DNA from: Vulcanimicrobiaceae bacterium
GTDB taxonomy: Bacteria > Acidobacteriota > Terriglobia > Acidiferrales > UBA7541
Reading direction: 5' to 3'
NCBI GenBank assembly: GCA_035484435.1
Contig: DATHOY010000041.1
Location: 1,039-65,038 of the forward strand
Length of the DNA: 64,000 bases
Shown here: piece after piece, positions 1 through 9,875 of the stretch
How positions within the stretch are numbered: the first letter of the stretch is position 1
Layout: every line of letters begins with the position of its first letter
The notes under the pieces: generated by a model
The model's database searches: none
What the model saw: only the letters and a program-made list of their open reading frames with translations
What the model was told of the DNA's origin: nothing
Translations under genes and position numbers: made by a program

Positions 1-1937
1 GACCTATACTGGCGATCAAAGAACCCAAACTGATCGTCCGATTCAAAGACGTTGCTGAAGGTTCCCGTGCCGTTACCTGCGCTATCGAGGCCAAGGAGAA
101 AATCCGCCCAGCTGAGAAATCGTATGTTCGAATCGAAGCCCGCAAAATAAAGGTTGTCTTGCAACCGAGTAAGGGAACCCCCAAATCGCAAATCGTGGGC
201 GCCTTTAATCCAGCTGAAGACATCGCTGACGACAAAGGTGTTTTGCGTGTACGTCCGAGGAAAAGCGGGAGCCATGCTGACGGAGCCCAAGATGTTTAAA
301 CTGGGCAGTTCGTTTGACCTATTCATGTCGCTCTCGGACACTCCAACATCACTCCAGCTGAAAGGAGCTTGCGCTTCCGTCCCGGTTTGAGTTCGGACAT
401 AGCCGATGCGAAATTCATTCAGCGAGTTCTTGTTCAAGGCATAAGTATCAGCAAGAGAGAAGACCACGAAGCGAGAATTGCCCGGACTCGCGAACCCAGG
501 AATATTGCCGATCGGATTGAAGCCGTTGCTCGGAAATGTAACTGTCTGGCCGCTGCCTGAAATGAAGAATCGCGCTGCGATTTGGTTGTTCTGGGAAGCG
601 GCATAGTCGATATTGAACAGTCCCTGGTCTTCGTTGAAATGGCATGGTTCACTGAAAACCGAGAAACCCTGGGTTGCGAACGGCTTTGATGGGTCAATAG
701 TCTGAGGGTTAGGAATCAGATAGCTGCCGTCCGGAAGCTTGAAGTTCAAAAGCGTCAAAGCCACTGGATTGAGGTTTGATCCGTCTGAGTTAATCGCGAC
801 TCCCCCCAGCGCACCCTTCATGCCACCAAACAGTTTCCCAACCGCGGCGGCCGATCTGTCACTTGTGAGTGGAGGCTCGCTTAAGCTGGCACTACACGCG
901 ATCCGGGCCTGACCGGTGGCCAGGCCGTTTATCTGTCGCGTTCTTTGATAGGAACTAAAGAAAAACAGTCGGTCTTTGAGTATCGGCCCGCCTGCCGAGA
1001 ATCCGAATTGGTTCTGTTTCAGATTGGGCCGCGGGTGTCCGGTCTGGTTCAAGAAAAAGTCGTTCGCGTTGAGGACGTCGTTACGCAAGAATTCGAACGC
1101 GGTCCCGTGATACTGATTGCTGCCTTTCTTTGTGACGATGCTGACATTAGCTCCCACAGAACGTCCGAACGCTGCATCGTAAAGCGCGGTTTGCATCTTG
1201 AACTCTTCCAACGTGTCGGGATTGGGAATTGGGATCCCCCCGCTTGTCGCACCTGTACTCTGCACATCGCTCACACTGATTCCGTCTAACTGCCAGTTAT
1301 TGTCGTAGGATCGCGCCCCGTGTACGTAGATGCCGTCGTTAGACCTGCCAATTTGCGATTGCGCAGTAGCGCCAAGACCGAGTTCGCTCGCATTGCTGAC
1401 TCCCGCCGTGACCCCAGGAGAAAGGCTTACAATCTGTGAGAAGTTTCTCGTCACCAACGGTAGATCCTGAATGGCAGTTTCATTCACGACCCTGCCTAGC
1501 GCAGATCTATCGACTTGAGCCATCAACGGTTCAGCAGCTGCCTGAACTCGCTCGAGGTGCGTGTCGAGCTGCAGGTGCAGTTCGACACGCAACGTTTCCG
1601 TCACATGGACACGAATGTCCAACAGTTTCAGCTCTTTGAAACCGGTCTTAGATGCGTGTATGTCATACATGCCAGGTCGCACCTGGACAAAAGCGAATCG
1701 TCCGAGTTCATCTGATACTGCAAGCTGGCTTTGTGGGTTATTAGCTATCGAAAGACTAACAACGACCCCTGGAACCACCGCATTACTCTGATCCTGGGCA
1801 ATGCCAGTAACGGAACCGGTGGATGGCGTTTGTGCGGCTAAGCGTTCCGCGCATGCAAACGTAAAGATCACCACCGCGAGGCAAACCCTGCAGCCAGGCA
1901 ATTGGCCGCAGTGTCGTCTAATCGAGCCCTTGTACAT
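1..1937 (-). CDS. TonB-dependent receptor with N-terminal carboxypeptidase-regulatory-like domain (partial, runs off window start)
   Basis: Not in the ORF track (no stop within the window). Manual minus-strand translation from ATG 1937 (RBS GAGG): MYKGSIRRHC...AQTPSTGSVTGIAQDQSNAVVPG...LPLVTRNFSQIVSLSPGV...PNPDTLEEFKMQTALYDAAFGR...FEFLRNDVLNANDFFLN...QNQFGFSAGGPI, typical acidobacterial TBDR motifs. Confidence 0.9.
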   Translation of the reverse strand, partial: MYKGSIRRHCGQLPGCRVCLAVVIFTFACAERLAAQTPSTGSVTGIAQDQSNAVVPGVVVSLSIANNPQSQLAVSDELGRFAFVQVRPGMYDIHASKTGFKELKLLDIRVHVTETLRVELHLQLDTHLERVQAAAEPLMAQVDRSALGRVVNETAIQDLPLVTRNFSQIVSLSPGVTAGVSNASELGLGATAQSQIGRSNDGIYVHGARSYDNNWQLDGISVSDVQSTGATSGGIPIPNPDTLEEFKMQTALYDAAFGRSVGANVSIVTKKGSNQYHGTAFEFLRNDVLNANDFFLNQTGHPRPNLKQNQFGFSAGGPILKDRLFFFSSYQRTRQINGLATGQARIACSASLSEPPLTSDRSAAAVGKLFGGMKGALGGVAINSDGSNLNPVALTLLNFKLPDGSYLIPNPQTIDPSKPFATQGFSVFSEPCHFNEDQGLFNIDYAASQNNQIAARFFISGSGQTVTFPSNGFNPIGNIPGFASPGNSRFVVFSLADTYALNKNSLNEFRIGYVRTQTGTEAQAPFSWSDVGVSESDMNRSNELPSLNILGSVSMAPAFPRTYTQNTFVVSDVFSWIKGAHDLRFGGSLTRLQDNLYFAGFDSNIRFLSWADFLLGLDSAGNGTGTFSNVFESDDQFGFFDRQYR

Positions 1938-2224
1938 TGCAACCTCAATTGATGTCATCGCCTTCCCGTATCTTCGTCTGTGCTGTGGTGTTTGTCGAGT
2001 GAATTGCCTCCGCTCTCACTCCTCGGACGCTCTGACCGATTTTCCTACAGCCTTCATGCTGTGACAAAAAGAGCTTAAGAGATTACTAAGTTCATAAATT
2101 GGCGTAGGATGTTAACGCGCTAATTGAATCTGTGGAACCTGTTAATTCTGACAGGGGTATGTCGCGGAAGGTGGCCCAGAATGGCTGGTCGATACTCCTT
2201 AGGAAAGCCGTCGGATCTTCGGCA

Positions 2225-4084
2225 ATGAACGAGAGCTGCAGCGGTATTCGCTTCGTTCGACTTTCGCTTGGAAGTCGATGGCGCGACGCCGTAGTTCTTC
2301 AAACTCTGCTTCTATCGTTCTCTCTTCTAGCGGGCATTTCGGCTGCTCAGGTCAAACCAGTTCGGAGCGTTCTGATTATCCACCAAGTGGGCGCTTATTT
2401 GCCGCTCACCGATAACGTCGATCGAGGAATACGGACTAGCTTTGACAGTTCGCCTTACCGAATTGTTTTCCACCGCGAATTCTTGCAAGCAGGAATGTTT
2501 ACCGATTCAAATCAGCAGTTCCGCGATTTTATCGTTAGCAGGTATCGGAATTACCAGCCCGACGTGATTATCGTTGTCGGGCAAGCCCCGCTTCAATTCA
2601 TGGCGGAAACGCATGAGAAAGCGTTTCGCGGAGTGCCAATTGTTTTCTGTCTTCCCGACAGGCTGCTGGCCAATCTACCTGACGAGCTTCATTTCACAGG
2701 TGTAGTGGGTGACATTGCAGCAGCAATGACGCTCGATGCCGCGCTAAGGCTGCGTCCCGGCATAAAGCGCGTGGTTGTAATTGGCGGTCTGGGAGATATC
2801 GACCTGGAGCGAAACGCCGCAATTCAGAATCAATTGAAGAGCTATGAAAGCCATCTCGAGATCTCCTATTTCACCGGTATCCCGGTGCCTGATCTCGTGC
2901 AAAGGCTCCAGGATTTACCAAATGACACGATTATTCTTCTTGGTAATTTGGGGCTCGATTCCGCTGGGAATCTTTACTCCACAGCCGAATCGGGCGCCAT
3001 TGTAGCAGGCAACGCGAATGTGCCGGTTTTCAGCTTGATTGATAGGAGCCTCAATCATGGCGAAGTAGGAGGCAAAGTCTCTGACTCCATCGAACAAGGC
3101 AAGATTGCTGGAGGAATCGCATTACGAATACTCAACGGAGAGAAACCTCAAAACATCCCGATCATGACAGATGTAACCACCTACATGTTCGACTGGCGAG
3201 CGCTACAGCGCTGGGGATTCAAGGAGAGCAATCTCCCGGCGGGCAGCATTGTACTGAACCGCGAACCAACTCTTTGGGAACGCAGCAAATGGATCTGGAT
3301 CAGTGGGTTGCTCATCATCCTCTTTCTGTCCGCACTTGCCGCCTACCTTCACTTTAGCCGAAAACAACTTAGGCAGGCCAGAGACGCACAGTTGCAGCTT
3401 AGCGGCCTGTTGATCAACGCACAGGAAATGGAACGAAGCCGGCTGGCGTCAGAACTTCACGACGATTTTAGCCAGCGTCTGGCGCTACTCGCGCTCGAAT
3501 TGGAAAATGCTTCGGAGGCGTTACCCGATTCGTCGCAAGCCACGAAGCGACAGTTGCACAAGCTTTTGGATTCGGCCAGCGAGCTCGGCGCCGATCTACA
3601 CACCGTATCCCGTCGCCTGCACCCATCCACGCTTGAGAGTTTGGGACTTGTCCCCGGGCTGAAGGCTTTGTGTGATGAGTTTACCTCCCGGCAGGGCATC
3701 GAAATCGTTTTTTCTTCCAAGAATATCCCACGTGCTGTGCCTCCCAATGTGGCCCTGTGTTTATTCCGCGTCGCCCAGGAAGGCCTTCAGAATTTAAGAA
3801 AATATAGCGGAGCTTCACAGGGCAAAGTAGATTTGCGCAAGGCCGGGGACAGAGTGTTTCTTTCCGTGAGCGACAATGGGCGTGGATTCGATGCGAAGGA
3901 GATGAGGAATAGATTGGGTTTGGGAATCCGAAGTATGGGAGAACGTGCACGCCTGGTGGGTGGAAAATTCGAGATTCAGTCGGAACCCGGGAAGGGGACG
4001 CGGATCGACGTGTGCGTGCCCCTTCAGCCAGAAAATGAGATTGCTGAAGAGTTGAATATGCAGCGCAAGGCGGACGCTGTGTGA
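2225..4084 (+). CDS. Membrane sensor histidine kinase (periplasmic substrate-binding-like domain, NarX/UhpB-type HisKA_3 and HATPase)
   Basis: H-box ERSRLASELHDDFSQRL; LFRVAQEGLQN; G-boxes DNGRGF, GLGIRSMGER, PGKGTRI; TM WIWISGLLIILFLSALAAYL. Start uncertain (2132, 2159 or 2225). Confidence 0.9.
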   Translation: MNESCSGIRFVRLSLGSRWRDAVVLQTLLLSFSLLAGISAAQVKPVRSVLIIHQVGAYLPLTDNVDRGIRTSFDSSPYRIVFHREFLQAGMFTDSNQQFRDFIVSRYRNYQPDVIIVVGQAPLQFMAETHEKAFRGVPIVFCLPDRLLANLPDELHFTGVVGDIAAAMTLDAALRLRPGIKRVVVIGGLGDIDLERNAAIQNQLKSYESHLEISYFTGIPVPDLVQRLQDLPNDTIILLGNLGLDSAGNLYSTAESGAIVAGNANVPVFSLIDRSLNHGEVGGKVSDSIEQGKIAGGIALRILNGEKPQNIPIMTDVTTYMFDWRALQRWGFKESNLPAGSIVLNREPTLWERSKWIWISGLLIILFLSALAAYLHFSRKQLRQARDAQLQLSGLLINAQEMERSRLASELHDDFSQRLALLALELENASEALPDSSQATKRQLHKLLDSASELGADLHTVSRRLHPSTLESLGLVPGLKALCDEFTSRQGIEIVFSSKNIPRAVPPNVALCLFRVAQEGLQNLRKYSGASQGKVDLRKAGDRVFLSVSDNGRGFDAKEMRNRLGLGIRSMGERARLVGGKFEIQSEPGKGTRIDVCVPLQPENEIAEELNMQRKADAV

Positions 4085-4155
4085 ACACATTAAGTTCACC
4101 CGTGCGAATCGTGAATAGCAAGTACTCGATCGAACTATGTTCGGTACACGCAATG

Positions 4156-5211
4156 CTAGCGGTTGCCGAAAGTCCAGTTCAGTCCGGTGCTAGTCCCATA
4201 ATCGCTTCCCGATAAGCCAGGGGGAGGATGACTATCCCAGCTACCATAGAAAGTAATATTGAATCTAAAGTCTCCCCAAATTTTTACGTAGTAGGACGTG
4301 TTCAGGTTGAAATGGACTCGCCCTGGATCGGATAGGGCCGGCAAAAGGCTTGCCGCGACAGTAAGGTTTGTGCGGTCGAATTGGAATAGCTTCGCCTGTG
4401 TATTGACCCAACCAGAAGCTACATTTTGCCCGGGTGCGACCACGATATTTTGCTGATAATTGATGCGCTGGAAGGCAAACCCCCCGGCCACGCTGATCGA
4501 GGTGTGATTCGTATTCTTCAGATATCGGCCCACGCCGCCACCGAAAGTAGATTGCAGATTGATGCCCTGCTCGGAGCTTTGGAGAAAGCTGGCGAGGCCC
4601 GTGTAATACCAGAGATTCCAACGCAGCAGACGCTGGGCGGAAGCATCAATCTGATTGCGAGATGAGGCAGACGCCCCTTTATTCGAGGATAGGGTCGAAT
4701 TGTAGGCAACGGAGGCGGACCAGCGTTCTCGCGGGTAGTTCACATCTGTAGAGAGATCGTATTGGGTTGATTGATTCCCCTTGTTGTAGATCGCGCCAAG
4801 GCCGACGCTGCCGTTGAAGCGATGCCACCAATTCTCGAAAGACTGATCCATTTTGGCGATTTGGTCTCGCTCGAGCACTAGCTTCTCCCCAGGTTCATTG
4901 ATTACCTCGATCGAAGCTGGCCGAGCGCTATCCCTCTTTGGCATGGAAAGCGTGCCAGAATAGACCTCTCCGTCCTGGGTTTTGACGACAAACAGTTGAT
5001 TGCTCTCGAGGTGATCGACCTCAAACCAATTAATGGAGACGGTGCCCAGGGCATAATCGAGACTAATGTAGAGAACATCGGCACTGAGGCTTTTGATTTC
5101 GCAAGTAAGCCGATCACCGTTCTTCATTACGAGCACATCTGTCTTCTCTCTTGCTGTGAGAGGCCACGCGGCAAGCAGGATTGCTGACAGAACAATTCCT
5201 CGAAGATTCAT
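4156..5211 (-). CDS. DUF481-type outer-membrane beta-barrel protein
   Basis: Signal peptide MNLRGIVLSAILLAAWPLTA after GGAGG; DVLVMKNGDRLT N-domain; amphipathic strands; C-terminal GLNWTF. Confidence 0.75.
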   Translation of the reverse strand: MNLRGIVLSAILLAAWPLTAREKTDVLVMKNGDRLTCEIKSLSADVLYISLDYALGTVSINWFEVDHLESNQLFVVKTQDGEVYSGTLSMPKRDSARPASIEVINEPGEKLVLERDQIAKMDQSFENWWHRFNGSVGLGAIYNKGNQSTQYDLSTDVNYPRERWSASVAYNSTLSSNKGASASSRNQIDASAQRLLRWNLWYYTGLASFLQSSEQGINLQSTFGGGVGRYLKNTNHTSISVAGGFAFQRINYQQNIVVAPGQNVASGWVNTQAKLFQFDRTNLTVAASLLPALSDPGRVHFNLNTSYYVKIWGDFRFNITFYGSWDSHPPPGLSGSDYGTSTGLNWTFGNR

Positions 5212-5421
5212 CTGAGCCTCCACTGTGCGGCGTTGTGGATTCAAATCACGGGATACACCCGACTATGAAATAGGTCTTTAAAATCACAACTTGAATATGA
5301 GTCGGAGAAGAGCAATCCGTGCGAGTGCACTGGTTGGCCGGATAACAAGAGTTCTCAGAATCTGGTGGCTTGGAGTTGGGTGCACGATGACGAGCGATAC
5401 CTGAGAGTGATGATTCTTCAA

Positions 5422-6870
5422 CTACTGCAAACCAAGATCAGCTAGCAGTTTGGGATTTTCCTCCTGTACCGCTAGCAGGTTATGGCAGGCGCTACAATCG
5501 TTGGAAATCGTCTGGCCGTCCGCGCTGGTATGCGACCCGTCGTGGCATCGGAAGCAGCCCGGAAAGTCATTGTGACCAAGATTGTTCGGATGCACCCCCC
5601 AGGTCATCTTCATGTCTGGAAAAATGTTTCCGAGGTAGATCTTGGCGACGTTTTCGGCGGATTGTTCGATCAATGCGCGCTTGCTCGTATAAACGTCGGG
5701 GTACGAGGTGCGGTAGTAGTTCTCAATCCCCTCCACGATCTGTTTCTGTGCGCTATCGCGATCCGGATAATCGGCTTTCAGCAATTCCACGGCTTTTTTG
5801 TGGATGTACGGAAGCTCCGGGCTAATGAAGCCACGCGACATCCGCGAGTCAACTGCGTTTGCGGCCAACTCGAACGCGTGGGTTGGCCGGTTATGACAGT
5901 CAATGCAATCCATGGTTCGCTGCTCGCCCTTTTCGAGTTCCTGCTTGCTGACCTTGATGTCTGTCGAAACGTATTCCACTGTTTTGCCTTTGCTGTCCGT
6001 GTAATAAACGACGGGAATCACCTGGCGACGTTCGTCGGTCGAAATGTAGTGAATGCGGGAGCCATCGTCCAAATGTCTCCCGTGGATGCCCACAGAACCC
6101 GACGAGGCCCGACCGCCGATTTTCATCGCCAGTGCCGTGGTCATCGGGGAGTTTTTCTCATCGTCTTTGTAATTGGTCTTGAGGATGAGCTTGTCGCCCG
6201 AAAAACGTTGAGGCCAATGGCAATGTTCGCAGGTGTCCCGCGCGGGGCGAAGGTATTTCACCGGCGAAGGAATGGGCCGGGAATAGGTATGAAAGGTGAC
6301 TGCAAGAACCTGGCGCAGGCCGGAGAGCTTGGAGCGTATAAACCAGCCCGCTCCTGGCCCTATGTGGCATTCGACGCATTCGACCCGCGAGTGCGGGGAA
6401 TTCTGGTAGGCCGAAAATTCCGGGGCCATCACTGTGTGGCACGTCTGCCCACAGAACGTCGTGGTATCCATGTAGGACACGCCTTTGTAGGAAGCGAACG
6501 AAAAAATCAAGACGTTCAGCAATGTCGCGGCGCCGATGAACAGAAAACTATTCTGCACCATCGAAATCTTCAGATCGATTTCCGGATATACATGCGGAAG
6601 TTCGCCGGCATCACGCAACTTCCGCCGGCGCAACAGAATGCCCACGGGAATCAGCAACAATCCGAGAAGAAAAATCCCGGGCAACAGAAGGAAAAGCAGA
6701 ATTCCCACATACGGGTGCGGAGGCCCGGGCAGCATGAAATCATAAATCCAGAAACCGATGAGCGTGATCGCTGTGCTTGTCGTGAGAACCACGCCGATGA
6801 GGCTCAGTCTATTCTGGCTGAGGTAATAGAGCAGTCTCGCCCAATCTCTGACAGTGTTTTGCGGACTCAT
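5422..6870 (-). CDS. Inner-membrane multiheme cytochrome c, NapC/NirT-related, ImcH-like
   Basis: Three N-terminal TM helices; heme motifs CGQTCH (CX3CH), CVECH, CEHCH, CIDCH, CFRCH, CSACH; NapC-like YMDTTTFC...SPHSRVEC...KLSGLRQV. Confidence 0.85.
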   Translation of the reverse strand: MSPQNTVRDWARLLYYLSQNRLSLIGVVLTTSTAITLIGFWIYDFMLPGPPHPYVGILLFLLLPGIFLLGLLLIPVGILLRRRKLRDAGELPHVYPEIDLKISMVQNSFLFIGAATLLNVLIFSFASYKGVSYMDTTTFCGQTCHTVMAPEFSAYQNSPHSRVECVECHIGPGAGWFIRSKLSGLRQVLAVTFHTYSRPIPSPVKYLRPARDTCEHCHWPQRFSGDKLILKTNYKDDEKNSPMTTALAMKIGGRASSGSVGIHGRHLDDGSRIHYISTDERRQVIPVVYYTDSKGKTVEYVSTDIKVSKQELEKGEQRTMDCIDCHNRPTHAFELAANAVDSRMSRGFISPELPYIHKKAVELLKADYPDRDSAQKQIVEGIENYYRTSYPDVYTSKRALIEQSAENVAKIYLGNIFPDMKMTWGVHPNNLGHNDFPGCFRCHDGSHTSADGQTISNDCSACHNLLAVQEENPKLLADLGLQ

Positions 6871-7006
6871 ACGCCCTGTACCTTTTTTCGTTCGACGTTT
6901 CTTGCGTACACACAAAGAGAAAAGAGCCTTCGAAGAATCTGTCGGGCCCCGTACGGCATCGCCAGTCGTGCGCCTGCAGAAACAGGGCTGCCGGCTAAGA
7001 CACTAG

Positions 7007-7297
7007 CTACTTCAGAGTTGCCAGATAAGCGGCGATATTCTTCACATCCGCTGCCGCCAGGCTCTTTACGCTCGCGTGCTTCGGCGAAGCGGAGAACGCC
7101 TTGGTGATTTCGTCGGCGCTCTTGCCCTTGATCGAGGGCGACTTCGTTGCCGGTTTACCGGCACCATCCGCTCCGTGGCAACCGGCGCACTTTGCCTTGA
7201 AAGTTTTTTCGCCATTTGCAGAATCTTGAGCACGAGAAACGGACACGACAAGGCAAAACATTGCGGCGACGGCGATCACTGATAAAACCTTTTTCAT
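7007..7297 (-). CDS. Small periplasmic monoheme class I cytochrome c
   Basis: RBS AGGAGG, signal MKKVLSVIAVAAMFCLVVSVSRA, GEKTFKAKCAGCHGADG, C-terminal helix DVKNIAAYLATLK. Confidence 0.9.
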   Translation of the reverse strand: MKKVLSVIAVAAMFCLVVSVSRAQDSANGEKTFKAKCAGCHGADGAGKPATKSPSIKGKSADEITKAFSASPKHASVKSLAAADVKNIAAYLATLK

Positions 7298-7355
7298 TAC
7301 TTCCTCCTTTGTTTCTTCCTTTGCCCGAAGCGCACTGCACCACCACGTTGTTGAA

Positions 7356-9857
7356 CTAGAACGCGTACCTGACGGAAAGTGTGACAAGGTTGCCGTGGAA
7401 ATTCCGGGGCGCAAAAACATCCTGGAAAGCCGCGGTCGAGTCCTCGTGGTAGCTGTAGTAGCTCCAAAATGCCTTTCCCGTCCAGTGATTCGCAATGTGG
7501 TAGTCAAACCCGGCGTAGGGTTGGTACCAGCTTGAGTTTAGAGATCCGTCCACATTCGTCGGGATGGGATTCTCGGGAGTCAAGTTAAGTTGTGAGCCGC
7601 TCACACCGGTCATGCTCGTACCCCCGTGGAGGGTCAACCGGTTCATAGGATTCCAAGAGAAATCGAGGAATCCCGTGTTGACCTTGCTGGAGTAAGGGGA
7701 ATTCTGCTGCACAAGACCGGAGACGTTCGGACATGCGGGGAGTCCGGGAAGGGAACCGGTAGCCGTGAAGCAGACCAGGAGCGACGTGGAAATGTCGTTG
7801 TAGGAGTATCCCAAGTCCAGGCTGATTTTCTGGTTGGGAAGAAATTCCGCGGAGACCCCGTAGCTGTTGTTGTGCATCAGGTTGTTCACACCGGGCACAT
7901 TGTTCTGGCCATACCAAAGGCTGACAATCCCATTGAAGTTCAGCTTTTCCGAAGGCTTGTAATCAGCCTGAAAGCGGAGCTTTTGTGAGGTCAAGGGACT
8001 GAGATTTGTAAAGGTAGCGTTGGCGCTCATGATATCGCCGTCCACGTTGAGCCGGAATTTCGGCGAAGGACGAACCCACAGGCCAAAGACGGAGTGATTT
8101 TCGTTGATATCCGTCTCGCTGGGAGGAGCGGACGTGCCGGGGAAGGAATAGGAGATAGATCCATCGGCATTGAGGGTGCACCCTGGCGGGAGATTGCCCG
8201 GGCCGGGAGGAAGTGCCGGATCCAGAACGGTACAATTCCCACGTGCTGCGTTGTTGGGGAAATAGATCCCGCCGAAGCTATTGAAGAAGTTATCGGAAAT
8301 CACGCGGGCACGATATTCGTAGCCGAAATACGCGCCAGCTTTCAGATTAATCTGAACTCGAATTTGGATGGTGTTGGAGAGATCCTGCTGCTTCAGAAGG
8401 TTGCTGTCCAGATTCAGGGCAATGTCTCCGCCTGAACTCGTCGTATGAAGGGGAGTTGCGTTGGGCACGCCGTTGGCCGGAGCAGTGCACGTGCCTGGAA
8501 GCGCGGCGGTGGGCGAGAAGATGTTGGGGTTCACAATGAGGCTCGGACTGAAGAACGAGCAATCCGTCGCTGCAAACTGCGCCGGCTCTTTCCAATTGCT
8601 GAAGCGCACCGAATCAACCAGGCTGATGGTTTCGTTGATGTGCCAAGTGACGCCAAGATCGGCGAAAGCGGCGACATGGCGCCCGCTGATCGGTCCGGTT
8701 TCCGCGAAGTTGGAAAGGTTCGCCTTGGGGGTCAAACCCGAGAAATTCTGCTGGTAATCGTCAACGGTGAGGTCTCCGCCCGTATAGCTAAATGTTCCAG
8801 CGAATTCCACATTCTTGAAGTAGCTGGATTGCACGGTGACTTTTTCAGTAGGACTGTTCAACCGGGTTCGCCAGTGCAGCAGGTAGCTTGAAAAGGCGTT
8901 GCAAACGGGATTGACAATGCCACCAGGCGCAAACGCATTGCTGCACGGTTGACTGGTGCCATTCCAGGGTACGCCCAAGTCGACCAGAGGGAAGCCTGCT
9001 CCCGGAGAGAATTGCAGGTTGGTATCGGTGCTGCCCAGATCGTTCTTGAAATAACTCCAGATCTGGTCGTAGCTGATGGTTGTCCGAGGCAGAAAACGGA
9101 AATCCACGCCCAATCGATAGTTCCGATTGTGGTTCGAATAGTTCTGGGTCAGATATTGGTCGGTACCTTCGTGGGTGGTGCTGGCTCCCGGGCCGTACAT
9201 GGTGTTTTGATCGTAGCCAAGGCGAAAGCGAATCTTCGAATCGGGCAAAATTGTTATCCCATAATTCTGCATGTTTCTAGCGGTGTAGAAGGCTTGCGGA
9301 CTTGTGCCGATTACGGCGGTACCCACGACGTTGGAAGGGGCATTTACGATCGGATTGAAGTTCGGCGGGGTGTTGGGGAAAAGAGTTGGAGGGTTCAGCG
9401 GGTTTCCAAGCAGCGAGTAGTCCCAATGATTCTGGTCCTTGCGGAACATGCCGTTGAAGGCGTACCACTTGTTTTTGGTGATGCGCAACTGAGAAACGTT
9501 GTTGGGATCGCCGCCATACCCGAAGTTGCTGAAGAAGAAATGATCGAACAAAGTGCCGTGGTGGTCCAGGGAGTTCATATCGGTGCTGAAGTCGAGCAAC
9601 CGCGGCCCCTGCTGTAAATTAACGAAGGTGTCGTAAGTCTGCTGATTGCCAACAACATCCGTGAAGCGGTAACCGAATTCCACAGATTGCTTGATGTTGT
9701 AGTTGCCCTGGTCAATCCCCTTTTGCTCGTCCACTTGCTGAGCAAACGACACGGAGATACAAAAAGCCGCGAGCATCAAGGTTGACAGGAGAAACCGCGT
9801 CACGAGGAGTGTGAAGTTCTTGATGTTTGGAGTTTCTTCCATTCTTGTATTCCGCAT
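7356..9857 (-). CDS. mtrB: MtrB/PioB-like outer-membrane beta-barrel of a porin-cytochrome complex
   Basis: 833 aa, signal peptide, beta-strand pattern, terminal VRYAF; directly downstream of the decaheme cytochrome. Confidence 0.75.
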   Translation of the reverse strand: MRNTRMEETPNIKNFTLLVTRFLLSTLMLAAFCISVSFAQQVDEQKGIDQGNYNIKQSVEFGYRFTDVVGNQQTYDTFVNLQQGPRLLDFSTDMNSLDHHGTLFDHFFFSNFGYGGDPNNVSQLRITKNKWYAFNGMFRKDQNHWDYSLLGNPLNPPTLFPNTPPNFNPIVNAPSNVVGTAVIGTSPQAFYTARNMQNYGITILPDSKIRFRLGYDQNTMYGPGASTTHEGTDQYLTQNYSNHNRNYRLGVDFRFLPRTTISYDQIWSYFKNDLGSTDTNLQFSPGAGFPLVDLGVPWNGTSQPCSNAFAPGGIVNPVCNAFSSYLLHWRTRLNSPTEKVTVQSSYFKNVEFAGTFSYTGGDLTVDDYQQNFSGLTPKANLSNFAETGPISGRHVAAFADLGVTWHINETISLVDSVRFSNWKEPAQFAATDCSFFSPSLIVNPNIFSPTAALPGTCTAPANGVPNATPLHTTSSGGDIALNLDSNLLKQQDLSNTIQIRVQINLKAGAYFGYEYRARVISDNFFNSFGGIYFPNNAARGNCTVLDPALPPGPGNLPPGCTLNADGSISYSFPGTSAPPSETDINENHSVFGLWVRPSPKFRLNVDGDIMSANATFTNLSPLTSQKLRFQADYKPSEKLNFNGIVSLWYGQNNVPGVNNLMHNNSYGVSAEFLPNQKISLDLGYSYNDISTSLLVCFTATGSLPGLPACPNVSGLVQQNSPYSSKVNTGFLDFSWNPMNRLTLHGGTSMTGVSGSQLNLTPENPIPTNVDGSLNSSWYQPYAGFDYHIANHWTGKAFWSYYSYHEDSTAAFQDVFAPRNFHGNLVTLSVRYAF

Positions 9858-9875
9858 GATCGTGTCCCTCCTTCC

